A stretch of DNA of 64,000 nucleotides from Patescibacteria group bacterium (GCA_018816985.1 JAHIVA010000049.1:2466-66465), one strand, 5' to 3'. Positions 52,874 to 61,750 are shown, counted from the first letter of the stretch. Translations and numbers: made by a program. The notes: generated by a model from the letters alone, not told the origin.

Positions 52874-53086
52874 TTAATTTTTAACTAGATCATAAAAAGC
52901 AGCAAAAATAAAAATAATTTGCAAAACTATAAATATAGTATCTTTGATGTGGATACTATAAATTTCCAAACAAACTCCCCCTATTATATATAGAGTATTT
53001 TGATGTTTTCTGTTTTTCAATAATAAACCAACGGAAATTAGAATAAGTCCGATAGCTCCTATTAATTTGAAAATATTTTTATCCAT
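52874..53086 (-). CDS. Small 2-TM membrane protein
   Basis: MDKNIFKLIGAIGLILISVGLLL... The longer ORF start would overlap tRNA-Leu. Confidence 0.4.
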   Translation of the reverse strand: MDKNIFKLIGAIGLILISVGLLLKNRKHQNTLYIIGGVCLEIYSIHIKDTIFIVLQIIFIFAAFYDLVKN

Positions 53087-53095
53087 AATATTTAC

Positions 53096-53182
53096 TGGTG
53101 CGCGAGGGGAGACTTGAACTCCCACGTCCGTGAGGACACTAGCACCTCAAGCTAGCCTGGCTACCAGTTACAGCACTCGCGC
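53096..53182 (-). tRNA. tRNA-Leu, anticodon GAG (type II, CCA encoded)
   Basis: Acceptor is GCGCGAG/CTCGCGC and anticodon arm is CTAGC-TTGAGGT-GCTAG. It has a long variable arm and the T arm GGGAG-TTCAAGT-CTCCC, ending in ACCA. Confidence 0.85.
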
Positions 53183-53851
53183 ATATTTTTTTTGTTGCGT
53201 CTTTTCGACATTAAGAGCTTTTTCTATTTTAAAAAATTTCCTAGACAAACAAATAACTTCTGGATTGTAGTACATTTTATTCAAAATCGCTAGTGCTTCT
53301 TTTTTCGCATATTTAAGTTGATAAGTACTTACTTTCCCACTTTTCCCTAAATGCCCCAAAACACTCAACCTCACACTTAATTCTTTTCGTAGCCAATCAA
53401 TATATTTTTTGCTTGCAGAAATAAATTCAAGATAAAACATGTGACTTGACCTCCATCTTGGATCCCAGTATGAATAAAAACAACCATCTCCGTCAAAACA
53501 TCCCCGTAAAAAATCAAAAAAATATTTATCGGGTATTTTTAGTTTTCCCATAGTTAATGATTTTCTCTGAGTTAGCCCAATAGATAAAAGAAAATCGTAA
53601 AAAATTCTATTTTTAAATTGAATTCTTAATTGTTTATCTCCATTACTGTTTTGTTTTGTTCCTATCTTAAAATCTACCCCAACACACTTAGAAAAGTTTA
53701 ACAACTGTTCTCTCTCTTTAGAAGTTAAATCAATCAACAAACCATCACCCAATAAACATCCATCCGTAGCAATTAAACCTATTGCGTAAGCTAAATTTGC
53801 AGTCCATTTCTCATTTATAATTTTTTTAGGTTTTGGTCCCCTCTTCCCCAT
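53168..53851 (-). CDS. Free-standing LAGLIDADG homing endonuclease (two-motif)
   Basis: LAYAIGLIATDGCL and FLRGCFDGDGCF. The last 15 nt overlap the 5' end of tRNA-Leu. Confidence 0.75.
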   Translation of the reverse strand: MGKRGPKPKKIINEKWTANLAYAIGLIATDGCLLGDGLLIDLTSKEREQLLNFSKCVGVDFKIGTKQNSNGDKQLRIQFKNRIFYDFLLSIGLTQRKSLTMGKLKIPDKYFFDFLRGCFDGDGCFYSYWDPRWRSSHMFYLEFISASKKYIDWLRKELSVRLSVLGHLGKSGKVSTYQLKYAKKEALAILNKMYYNPEVICLSRKFFKIEKALNVEKTQQKKYARVL

Positions 53852-53945
53852 TGATACATTATATTACCTCAAGGTAGTAGCGTCTACCAATTATTAATTA
53901 AACAAAAACTTCATTAAAATGAGGCTATGTTTTTTAATTAAAAAA

Positions 53946-54353
53946 TTATTCCGTTTTTTCTGTTACCTCTTCTTTTTCTTCTTGATTGGTAACTGAACGC
54001 ATTTTTTTACGAACATCTTTTACCGCTTTAGTACGAATATAGTAAAGTTTTGACCTGCGAGCATGAGCTCTTTTGGTTATTTTAATCTTGCCTATCATTG
54101 GAGAATATATTGGAAAAATTCTTTCCACCCCGACGCCTGAAGCGATTTTCCTAACAGTAAAAGTAGCCCCTGCTTCGGTGCCATGTTTTCTAGCGAGAAC
54201 AATACCTTCAAAAACCTGAAAACGGGATTTACCTTTTTCATCTAAAATCTTTGAAGAAACAGAAACAGTGTCCCCAGCTTTAAAATCAAGCTTTTTTCTT
54301 TCTTCAATATCTACCGGACTAAATTTAATTTTATTGATTTTATCTCCTGTCAT
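53946..54353 (-). CDS. rplS: 50S ribosomal protein L19
   Basis: FKAGDTVSV...RFQVFEGIVLARKHGTEAGATFTVRK. Confidence 0.9.
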   Translation of the reverse strand: MTGDKINKIKFSPVDIEERKKLDFKAGDTVSVSSKILDEKGKSRFQVFEGIVLARKHGTEAGATFTVRKIASGVGVERIFPIYSPMIGKIKITKRAHARRSKLYYIRTKAVKDVRKKMRSVTNQEEKEEVTEKTE

Positions 54354-54391
54354 AACAAAAGCACTTTAACACAAAAGTTTTTTAAAGGCAA

Positions 54392-56095
54392 TTAAGCGAA
54401 TTCTTTTTGATAACATTCAACACAATAAACCGTCTCTGTCCGATTTGGGGCATATGAGGTTCTTATTTTTTCGCCACATTTCATACATTCTCGGTCGTAA
54501 AATTTTGGAATTTGCATTCTGGCAAAACGAGATTTTTCTCTGCACTTTAAACATTGATCTGGTAATGGTATATTCATTTTTCTTAAAAGATCAAATTCCA
54601 ATGAGTCTATTTTATATTTCCTCTCGCAGGTAGTGCAGGAAATCACTTCTTTTAAAATTGATTCATTCACTTCACTAATAGTTTCGGGTAAATCTTTTCC
54701 GGATATAGTTGCCTCGACTTGTTGTTCTTTTTCATCATTCCAAAAATATCCACACTTCTGCGCTTCTGCTTTTGATTTTGGAAAAAATTTGCAAGCGTTA
54801 GAATTATTATAGGCAAACTTACTAAAACCTGGCTGAAAAAATTCTCCATAAGGCCAGACTCTCCCTTGTTCATCCATATACGGATTTTTTTTCATATCTT
54901 TAATAATTTTTGCTTTTAAAATTTTATATTCTTCTTTTCCATATTCTTTATTTAGAATACAATTGCTTTTGCGTTTTAGATTCACACAGCCAAAATTATT
55001 TTTAGCTGTTATGCACCAAAGGGAATATTCGGCATGAAACAAGTCCGACCAACAAAAGCCTGAAAATTTTACATCACTAGCACTGTCTCCCACAATGAAA
55101 GATTCATAAACAAGCTCGACATTATCTCCCCAACCTGAATAATCCATGCAATTTTCTACTGGTTTACAGGTTACAAATTGACACCACTTACAATCTTTTG
55201 TATGGCTAGCAATGTACATTTCTTTGGAATTTTTAGATTTGTAAATATATTCCCCGGTGACATTCAAGTTAAAAGTATCGCCCGTGAAAGAACGATAAGG
55301 AAAATTTTTCCAAAAAATTTCCGCTTCTTTTTTTGTTGCTTTTATCCCAGAACGAGTGTTTAATTTTAACTCTTTTAATTTTTTTTCATATTCCTCTTTT
55401 GAATATTTAACATTCAAAATACAATTTGAAGCTCCGCGCAAATTCACGCAACCGACGCAATTCATACATCCATAGCAGTTGCGAGAAAACCATACATCTG
55501 TACAATCATCACATTCTTCCGAATAAAAAATACGGTAACACTTGCGCTGACCGATAGACTCATAACATAATTCAGATTTAAAAATTCGTAGACTGTCGGC
55601 TGTATCCTTAGCTCCATTTAAAATTGAAGAAAAATAAACATTTTCGCAATTATCTGCCCAGGTGGCGAGCATACAGTTCTTGGAATAACCGATTGAGTTG
55701 CAATAATCACAATTTTTTAAAGTCAAAAAACCTGTTTCAAGTGCGCTGTATGGGGTTTTTCTAGATAAATCTTTTACTTGAGCCAAAAATGGTTTATCGG
55801 AGTCGTAATCTATTGCATATTCTGTACCATCCCAATCATCTGCCCACCAACATGGCTGGCAATAGACGGTAATTTTTTGCGACGACGGATACATAGAGAG
55901 TGTACGCTTCCCGCACTTATCACAATTACGATAAAAAAAAGACCAGCTATTAAGACATGCCAAGCGTCGAATCATTCGGCATTCCGGGCACCACAAAGGC
56001 GCAGGCACTTTTATTTTTTCATAAAAATTAAAATCCTCTGACTCAATGGTGAAGTCTTTTTGGCAATTCAAGCAAGCCTTAATTTGGGCTTCCAT
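54392..56095 (-). CDS. Large Cys-rich protein with duplicated terminal zinc-ribbon modules (function unknown)
   Basis: 567 aa with about 40 Cys. The N- and C-terminal modules each carry four CxxC pairs. The central region has repeated NC/GC-containing segments. Confidence 0.6.
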   Translation of the reverse strand: MEAQIKACLNCQKDFTIESEDFNFYEKIKVPAPLWCPECRMIRRLACLNSWSFFYRNCDKCGKRTLSMYPSSQKITVYCQPCWWADDWDGTEYAIDYDSDKPFLAQVKDLSRKTPYSALETGFLTLKNCDYCNSIGYSKNCMLATWADNCENVYFSSILNGAKDTADSLRIFKSELCYESIGQRKCYRIFYSEECDDCTDVWFSRNCYGCMNCVGCVNLRGASNCILNVKYSKEEYEKKLKELKLNTRSGIKATKKEAEIFWKNFPYRSFTGDTFNLNVTGEYIYKSKNSKEMYIASHTKDCKWCQFVTCKPVENCMDYSGWGDNVELVYESFIVGDSASDVKFSGFCWSDLFHAEYSLWCITAKNNFGCVNLKRKSNCILNKEYGKEEYKILKAKIIKDMKKNPYMDEQGRVWPYGEFFQPGFSKFAYNNSNACKFFPKSKAEAQKCGYFWNDEKEQQVEATISGKDLPETISEVNESILKEVISCTTCERKYKIDSLEFDLLRKMNIPLPDQCLKCREKSRFARMQIPKFYDRECMKCGEKIRTSYAPNRTETVYCVECYQKEFA

Positions 56096-56099
56096 TTCA

Positions 56100-56771
56100 T
56101 TATTTTACCATTTTTTTGAATTCTTTTGGAATAGCTGATTCTACTTTTAAAGTTTCACCTTTTAGATTTTTAAACTCTATAGACTTTGCATGAAGCGCTA
56201 GACGTTTTAAGCTTTTCAGACAAGGGTTGTTAGGGTTATAAAGAGAATCACAGACAACTGGATGATTTAGATATTTCAAATGCACGCGGATTTGATGCGT
56301 TCGGCCGGTTTTCGGTTTTATTTCTAAATAAGTAAATTTTCCATATTTTTTATCTTCAAACCTTTTTAAAACTTTATACTCAGTAATAGCCTCACGCATT
56401 TTCCCCCTTGCACCGCGGCCAGACAAATACCGACGAAAATCTTTCGGACTCCGGCCTATTGGTTTATTGATAAAACCATGATCATTTTTCACAAAACCAG
56501 ACACAATGGCAACATAAGTTTTTTTCACTTCCCGATTTTGGAATTGTTTTTTAAGAAATTCATGCACCCTATCGCTCTTAGCCAAGAGCATCACGCCCGA
56601 AGTCTCTTTATCTAAGCGGTGTACTATTTTTATTTTGGGATATTTTTTTAAAAATAAATCAAGAATTGTTTTTTCTTCACTCCTCTCATCTGGATGCACT
56701 AAAATACCTGAGGGCTTTTCTATGGCTAAAATATTAGAATCTTCATATAGAATTTTTATTTTTATTGACAT
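56100..56771 (-). CDS. RluA-family pseudouridine synthase
   Basis: HRLDKETSGVMLLAK catalytic motif and GRTHQIRVH. Confidence 0.85.
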   Translation of the reverse strand: MSIKIKILYEDSNILAIEKPSGILVHPDERSEEKTILDLFLKKYPKIKIVHRLDKETSGVMLLAKSDRVHEFLKKQFQNREVKKTYVAIVSGFVKNDHGFINKPIGRSPKDFRRYLSGRGARGKMREAITEYKVLKRFEDKKYGKFTYLEIKPKTGRTHQIRVHLKYLNHPVVCDSLYNPNNPCLKSLKRLALHAKSIEFKNLKGETLKVESAIPKEFKKMVK

Positions 56772-56774
56772 CTC

Positions 56775-56849
56775 TGGTGCCCTTGGTAGGAATCGAACCT
56801 ACATCAAAGCCTTAGAAGAGCTTCGTTCTATCCATTGAACTACAAGGGC
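56775..56849 (-). tRNA. tRNA-Arg, anticodon UCU (CCA encoded)
   Basis: Acceptor is GCCCTTG/CAAGGGC, loop is CTTCTAA and T arm is GTAGG-TTCGATT-CCTAC. Confidence 0.85.
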
Positions 56850-56853
56850 CATG

Positions 56854-56926
56854 TGCGCGGTGAGGGACTTGAACCCCCGACCTTCTCAGTGTAAATGAGT
56901 TGCTCTACCAACTGAGCTAACCGCGC
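56854..56926 (-). tRNA. tRNA-Val, anticodon UAC
   Basis: Acceptor is GCGCGGT/ACCGCGC, D arm is GCTC-AGTTGGTA-GAGC, loop is TTTACAC and T arm is GGGGG-TTCAAGT-CCCTC. Confidence 0.85.
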
Positions 56927-56962
56927 AAGATTTTTTCATAGAACTCATTAAAACTAACATTT

Positions 56963-57271
56963 TTATAACGACGGGTCAACAATGAAAGAAGAGGAATTTA
57001 ATATATCTATCGATTTTTTTTCTCTGGTATAAAAAAAGTTCAAAACTTTTTCAATACGATCTTTATTAACTACAGGAAACTGCCCATCATTATTAGTAAG
57101 TGGTAAAATGGGTTCTTCATTTGTTTGTTTAAAAAGGCCATAACCAAAAAGTAAAGATAGGAAAATTATAATCATTGTGCTGATTAAAATAATCTTCCAG
57201 AAAAAATTTGGATGAAAAGCAAAATCTTTTTTCTTAAAATTATTTTCTTTTTTAAAAAAATTTATTTTCAT
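56963..57271 (-). CDS. Hypothetical single-TM protein, last gene of the pilM-N-O cluster
   Basis: 102 aa. Its start overlaps the upstream gene's stop by 4 nt. Confidence 0.4.
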   Translation of the reverse strand: MKINFFKKENNFKKKDFAFHPNFFWKIILISTMIIIFLSLLFGYGLFKQTNEEPILPLTNNDGQFPVVNKDRIEKVLNFFYTREKKSIDILNSSSFIVDPSL

Positions 57272-57804
57272 GGAATAAAACTTAAAAGTTTAATTTGAAA
57301 AACAACCTCCCAACTCAAATTGCTTTCATTTTTACCAGACCCAGATGAAGATAAAAGCTTATGCAAGTTCATTGATGAAAAATCAAGCAAATATGGGGAG
57401 TCCTCTAGTAATATTAAAAACTTATAGATTGCCTTAAATCCACCTAATGCCCTTAACTCGACTTTTAGACTCATGTTGTCTTTAACATCAACTGAATTAA
57501 TTTGAGAAGAAACTCCGGCTTCTTTCGCTAATTTTTCAACTGTATTCAAAAAGGGAACCACATCGGAACTTTTAATAAAATGCTCTTCCAACAAAGCTCT
57601 TTCTGGAACTATTTTTTGAAGCATTTGGTTAAGAGACACGATTTCGTCATATCGATGCTCCTCTATTTGTAAATTTATTGCACCCTGTTGCCCTTTTTGA
57701 TTATTATCACCTATCTTTTGATATAAAAACACAAAAGCTAAACAAAACAATACTAGAAGTATTATAAAGATAAACAATAATATTTTTTGAAAGTTATTTT
57801 TCAT
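57268..57804 (-). CDS. PilO-like type IV pilus assembly protein (by position and topology)
   Basis: 178 aa with an N-terminal TM and a coiled coil, in third position after pilM and pilN. Confidence 0.4.
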   Translation of the reverse strand: MKNNFQKILLFIFIILLVLFCLAFVFLYQKIGDNNQKGQQGAINLQIEEHRYDEIVSLNQMLQKIVPERALLEEHFIKSSDVVPFLNTVEKLAKEAGVSSQINSVDVKDNMSLKVELRALGGFKAIYKFLILLEDSPYLLDFSSMNLHKLLSSSGSGKNESNLSWEVVFQIKLLSFIP

Positions 57805-57817
57805 ATATTTTATAAAA

Positions 57818-58372
57818 TCACTTATTGTGTTCCGAAGGAATTAAGCTCAGATGAAAATTAATATCAGATCCTTTTACAAAATTTGAAATCGGCAAGTCAA
57901 CACTTGTAAAAGCTGGGCTATCTTCTAATAACTGACGGAATAAAAGCAAAACCTCGCGGGATGGCGCTATTCCGGTTATACTAATTTTCCTACCGTTTAT
58001 TTCATCGTTTTTATATAAAATTTGAGTAATTTTAATATCTGGTATTTTCTGTAATAAAATAGCGTTTATCACTTCAGATGAAACAAGAAATTTATTTTTT
58101 TCAAACTTTTCAACTAAACTAAGTTTATTATCTATATCTTTAATAAGAGCTAGAGACTCTTCACCTAAAGGGGGAAGCAGTTTTAATTTTTGATTTTCTA
58201 GTCTTGTATTAATTAAAGAATTTTTTACAGAAGAAATAAAATACGATGGTAAAATAGAGAAAAAGGCAACCAAAAGACATAAATTAAGCATCACTACAAA
58301 TAAAATTCCTAATCTGTAGTAAAAAGCTTTAATCATTTTCTTCTTTTCTTCTTTTGGAATTAAATTTATCAT
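57818..58372 (-). CDS. PilN-like fimbrial assembly protein
   Basis: The N-terminal MINLIPKEEKKK is an INLLP-type motif, followed by a TM. Confidence 0.55.
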   Translation of the reverse strand: MINLIPKEEKKKMIKAFYYRLGILFVVMLNLCLLVAFFSILPSYFISSVKNSLINTRLENQKLKLLPPLGEESLALIKDIDNKLSLVEKFEKNKFLVSSEVINAILLQKIPDIKITQILYKNDEINGRKISITGIAPSREVLLLFRQLLEDSPAFTSVDLPISNFVKGSDINFHLSLIPSEHNK

Positions 58373-58378
58373 CTTAAT

Positions 58379-59476
58379 TTAGCCCATATCATTAAAATCT
58401 CCTAGTGCTAAGCCTAAAGCTGTAGCAAATGAAAGTGACTTTTCAAAAGTAATCTTTGGAATATAATTTTCATAATTTGAAATATTTGTCCAAACATCAG
58501 CTAACTCTGCTGAGCTCTTCATACTAACAGAGATATATTCAGTTAGACCGATTAAGTTAGAATCACCACCACAAAAAATTATCTTTTTTATAGTAGGATT
58601 ATTTCTGCCTTTTTCGTCTTTATGCGTATGCCAATACAGAAAATGTTTAACTATTTCGTCGCGTAAAACAGAAACACTGTTTAAAAGTACGGCAAATATT
58701 TCTTTATTTTTAGTATTCCGTTCCAATCCATATTCTTGTTTCATTTTTTCCGCCTCTTCAAGACTTACATTAAAATTTTTTTGAATCATCTTCGTTAGCG
58801 TCACTCCTCCAAGATCAAGAGTAAAGGTAAACACTACTATTCCCCCAGAAACAATAAAAATACCAGTTCTTTCTTTTCCGAAATCTATAATCATATAAGT
58901 ATTGTCGTCATTTTTTTTAATAACCGCCCGGGAAGCTGCTTGAGCCTCTAATTCAAAAGACTTAACCGATATTTGAGAATGTTTAAATATTAACAAATAA
59001 TTTTCAATTACATTCTTGGGAATAACGGTAACTTGAACCTCCAAACTTTGTGTATTTTCACTAACTAAATCATAATCAAAAATCGCATCCTGGGCCAGAA
59101 TTGGCACATGGTCCTCAAGGGCTAATTCAATTCCTTCTCGAATGTTTTTCAAACCCAACTTTTCCAATTTCAAAGCAAAAAGATAAACTTGCTCTTCCGG
59201 CAGGGAAACCCGCACAGATTTTACTCCTTCTTCTTTTCTAAGGGTTGACAAAATTTCTTCCATTTTTTTTGAATTTTTAATTTTCCCTGACTCAATAACT
59301 CCAGGTGGAATGCTTCGTTCACCATATCGCCCCAACCTAACACCATTTTTTGTAATAATTAGTTCTACAAATTTCAATGATTCATCTGAAATATCTAAAC
59401 CAAAAGAAGGTTCTGAAAAAAAATTAGGCAATGGGAAAAATCTAAAAAAGAATTTATTGAATGAATCACTAAACAT
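58379..59476 (-). CDS. pilM: Type IV pilus assembly protein PilM (actin-like ATPase fold)
   Basis: GLDISDESLKFVEL...IDFGKERTGIFIV...FCGGDSNL. The start is set at MFSDSF because TGaTATAAT lies 7 nt upstream. Confidence 0.7.
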   Translation of the reverse strand: MFSDSFNKFFFRFFPLPNFFSEPSFGLDISDESLKFVELIITKNGVRLGRYGERSIPPGVIESGKIKNSKKMEEILSTLRKEEGVKSVRVSLPEEQVYLFALKLEKLGLKNIREGIELALEDHVPILAQDAIFDYDLVSENTQSLEVQVTVIPKNVIENYLLIFKHSQISVKSFELEAQAASRAVIKKNDDNTYMIIDFGKERTGIFIVSGGIVVFTFTLDLGGVTLTKMIQKNFNVSLEEAEKMKQEYGLERNTKNKEIFAVLLNSVSVLRDEIVKHFLYWHTHKDEKGRNNPTIKKIIFCGGDSNLIGLTEYISVSMKSSAELADVWTNISNYENYIPKITFEKSLSFATALGLALGDFNDMG

Positions 59477-59524
59477 ATTTATAATTATATCAATAAACAA
59501 GGAACATAAACAAGTTTACTTATC

Positions 59525-59980
59525 TTATCTATTTATTTTATCTAAATACCGCTGAAGAATAAGTGCAGCCGCTCTGGCATCTACTCGACCGGACTTTGTT
59601 TGTTTTATCTTACTATGCGCTTGAGTCTTATTTGAATCTTTTTTTTCATTTGAAGAACGTCTTGCTTCTACTGAAGTTAGAAATTCTTTTTGTTTACGCA
59701 CTGGCAATTTAAATTTTTCTTCTAATTCCAAAATAAAAACTTCAATTCTACCCGATAAGGCATTTAACTTCCCCGAAAAATCCACCGACTCCCCAACAAC
59801 AATTTCTTCTACTTTCTCTTGCCTGATTAAATCACCAATTTTTTTAAAAGTGTTCATATCATTTAGAATAATTTCTTTTGGAAAAGCCAAGATGTGACTT
59901 TCATCCGAGAGGGCTAAGCCAATCCTTTTCGTTCCATAGTCAATACCTAAAAATCTAGCTGAATTTACTTCTGTCTTCAT
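59525..59980 (-). CDS. ruvX: Holliday junction resolvase-like RuvX/YqgF
   Basis: FLGIDYGTKRIGLALSD. The start is set at MKTEV. Confidence 0.75.
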   Translation of the reverse strand: MKTEVNSARFLGIDYGTKRIGLALSDESHILAFPKEIILNDMNTFKKIGDLIRQEKVEEIVVGESVDFSGKLNALSGRIEVFILELEEKFKLPVRKQKEFLTSVEARRSSNEKKDSNKTQAHSKIKQTKSGRVDARAAALILQRYLDKINR

Positions 59981-60028
59981 ATGGAAAAATAGTAGCATAA
60001 AAAGATATTTTCTGTTATTGTTGTCAAT

Positions 60029-60271
60029 ATGAACCAATATTTATCAGACAATTTAATACTTTTATTAATTTTAACCCTTTGGACTATTCCTTGGAAAATC
60101 TACGCTGTGTGGCTAGCCGCAAAAAGAGATCAAAAGAAATGGTTTGTTATTTTATTATTATTAAATACTGTTGGAATTTTGGAAATCTTTTATATTTTTA
60201 AAATTGCCAACAAAAAATGGATTGAAGTAAGAAAAGATTTCGGTAAAGCATGGGGATTAATTAAAAAATAA
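60029..60271 (+). CDS. Small 2-TM membrane protein (DUF5652-like)
   Basis: WTIPWKIYAVWLAAKRDQKKWFVILLLLNTVGILEIFY. Confidence 0.45.
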   Translation: MNQYLSDNLILLLILTLWTIPWKIYAVWLAAKRDQKKWFVILLLLNTVGILEIFYIFKIANKKWIEVRKDFGKAWGLIKK

Positions 60272-60290
60272 ATACAAATTTGAAGTATCT

Positions 60291-60328
60291 GGAGGTGTCG
60301 GGTAGTATTTGGTGCAATAGGGTCTCTA
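60291..60328 (+). pseudogene. Degenerate copy of the 5' half of the adjacent tRNA-Ser
   Basis: GGAGGTGTCGGGTAGTATTTGGTGCAA compared with the tRNA's GGAGGCGTCGCATAGTGGTTTAGTGCAC, roughly three quarters identical by eye. There is no 3' half. Confidence 0.3.
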
Positions 60329-60361
60329 GATTAAAATAAGCTCGGTAAAAATTAAATAACT

Positions 60362-60446
60362 GGAGGCGTCGCATAGTGGTTTAGTGCACCTGTCTTGAAA
60401 ACAGGAGTGTCGCAAGGCACCGTGAGTTCGAATCTCACCGCCTCCG
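60362..60446 (+). tRNA. tRNA-Ser, anticodon UGA (type II)
   Basis: Acceptor is GGAGGCG/CGCCTCC and anticodon arm is CCTGT-CTTGAAA-ACAGG. It has a long variable arm and the T arm GTGAG-TTCGAAT-CTCAC. Confidence 0.85.
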
Positions 60447-60491
60447 CTTTTACAAAAACGAGCATAATTGTTTGTGATATAATTGAAAATT

Positions 60492-61460
60492 ATGAATATT
60501 TTCTATCCAATACAATTACTAGTTGACTGGCTAACTTATACAGTTTTTAATATTATTCCAAATACATTACTTGCCACAGCTGTAAATTTTTTTATTTTTG
60601 ACACCTTAAAAATATTTATTCTTCTTTCTGTTATTATTTTTATTGTTTCAATAATCCGATCATATTTGCCACCAGAAAAAATAAGGGCAATTTTATCTCG
60701 CAAAAATAAATATATTAATAATATCTTGGCTGCACTTTTGGGAATTATCACCCCTTTTTGCTCTTGCTCGGCTATTCCTTTATTTTTAGGTTTCGTTCAG
60801 GCAGGGGTGCCACTTGGGACCACTTTTTCTTTTCTGGTAGCTTCACCAATGATTAATGAAGTTGCCTTGGTCCTTCTTCTCGGCCTATTTGGTTGGAAAA
60901 TCGCATTTATTTATCTTGTAAGTGGTTTAATAATTACTATTCTTTCAGGAATAATAATAGATAAATTAAAAATAGAAAATTTAGTTGAGTCTTTTGTCTA
61001 CCAAAATTCAATTAATATAAATATTGATTTACCAACCTTGACCAAAAAAGAAAGAATCTACTATGCCCTAGATTACACTTTGGGTATTATTAAAAAAGTC
61101 TGGCCTTACATTTTAATAGGCATAGGATTGGGTGCTTGGATACATGGATATATTCCCGCAAATTTCTTGGTCCAGTACGCAGGTAGTGATAAGTGGTATG
61201 CTGTACCCTTTGCTGTTCTTATTGGTATTCCGTTATATTCAAATGCGGCCGGAATTATCCCCTTAATATCCGCCTTAATGGAGAAAGGAGTCTCTCTCGG
61301 CACCACACTTGCTTTTATGATGTCTGTAACTGCTTTATCATTACCTGAATTTATGATTTTAAAAAAAGTAATGAAAATAAAACTTATTTTCATTTTCGCC
61401 GGAATTGTAACTATTGGAATAATATTTACGGGTTATCTGTTTAATTGGATTTTAAAATAA
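60492..61460 (+). CDS. Permease of the ArsP/DUF318 (PF03773-like) family
   Basis: ITPFCSCSAIPLFLGFVQAGVPLGTTFSFLVASPMINEVAL. TGaTATAAT lies 8 nt upstream of the ATG. Confidence 0.6.
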   Translation: MNIFYPIQLLVDWLTYTVFNIIPNTLLATAVNFFIFDTLKIFILLSVIIFIVSIIRSYLPPEKIRAILSRKNKYINNILAALLGIITPFCSCSAIPLFLGFVQAGVPLGTTFSFLVASPMINEVALVLLLGLFGWKIAFIYLVSGLIITILSGIIIDKLKIENLVESFVYQNSININIDLPTLTKKERIYYALDYTLGIIKKVWPYILIGIGLGAWIHGYIPANFLVQYAGSDKWYAVPFAVLIGIPLYSNAAGIIPLISALMEKGVSLGTTLAFMMSVTALSLPEFMILKKVMKIKLIFIFAGIVTIGIIFTGYLFNWILK

Positions 61461-61491
61461 ATTAAAAACTATTTTCTTTTAAATATGAACC

Positions 61492-61525
61492 AAAACAAAA
61501 CCCCTTTAAAAAGGGGTTTTGTTTT
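61492..61525. terminator. Bidirectional intrinsic terminator (15-bp stem)
   Basis: AAAACAAAACCCCTT-taaa-AAGGGGTTTTGTTTT between the convergent permease and small ORF. Confidence 0.7.
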
Positions 61526-61526
61526 T

Positions 61527-61640
61527 TTATTGAGCCGGAGTTTCCGGAGTTGGAATTGAAGCTTCTGGAGTTGGAGTCTCTGGTTTTGGGCAAGTACAAG
61601 GAGCATTGCCGCAAACAGAACATTTTGTTGTATCGTCCAT
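61527..61640 (-). CDS. 37-aa Cys/Pro/Thr-rich peptide (not in ORF track)
   Basis: MDDTTKCSVCGNAPCTCPKPETPTPEASIPTPETPAQ. The ORF ends at the terminator and is locally G+C-richer than its flanks. Confidence 0.35.
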   Translation of the reverse strand: MDDTTKCSVCGNAPCTCPKPETPTPEASIPTPETPAQ

Positions 61641-61750
61641 ATTGTTAAATAAATTAATGATAAAAGTGCTAATAGCTAGTCGACTAAACTGGCTCTTATC
61701 TCACTATTTTTTAGTATACACTAAAAAATTAATAAAAACAAATAAAAAAC

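Noticed and set aside
53096-53945. Group I intron or intein context for the LAGLIDADG gene
   Set aside because: tRNA-Leu folds as an uninterrupted 87-nt type II tRNA. The ORF has its own start and stop, and I see no intron-like conserved helices. It is treated as free-standing.
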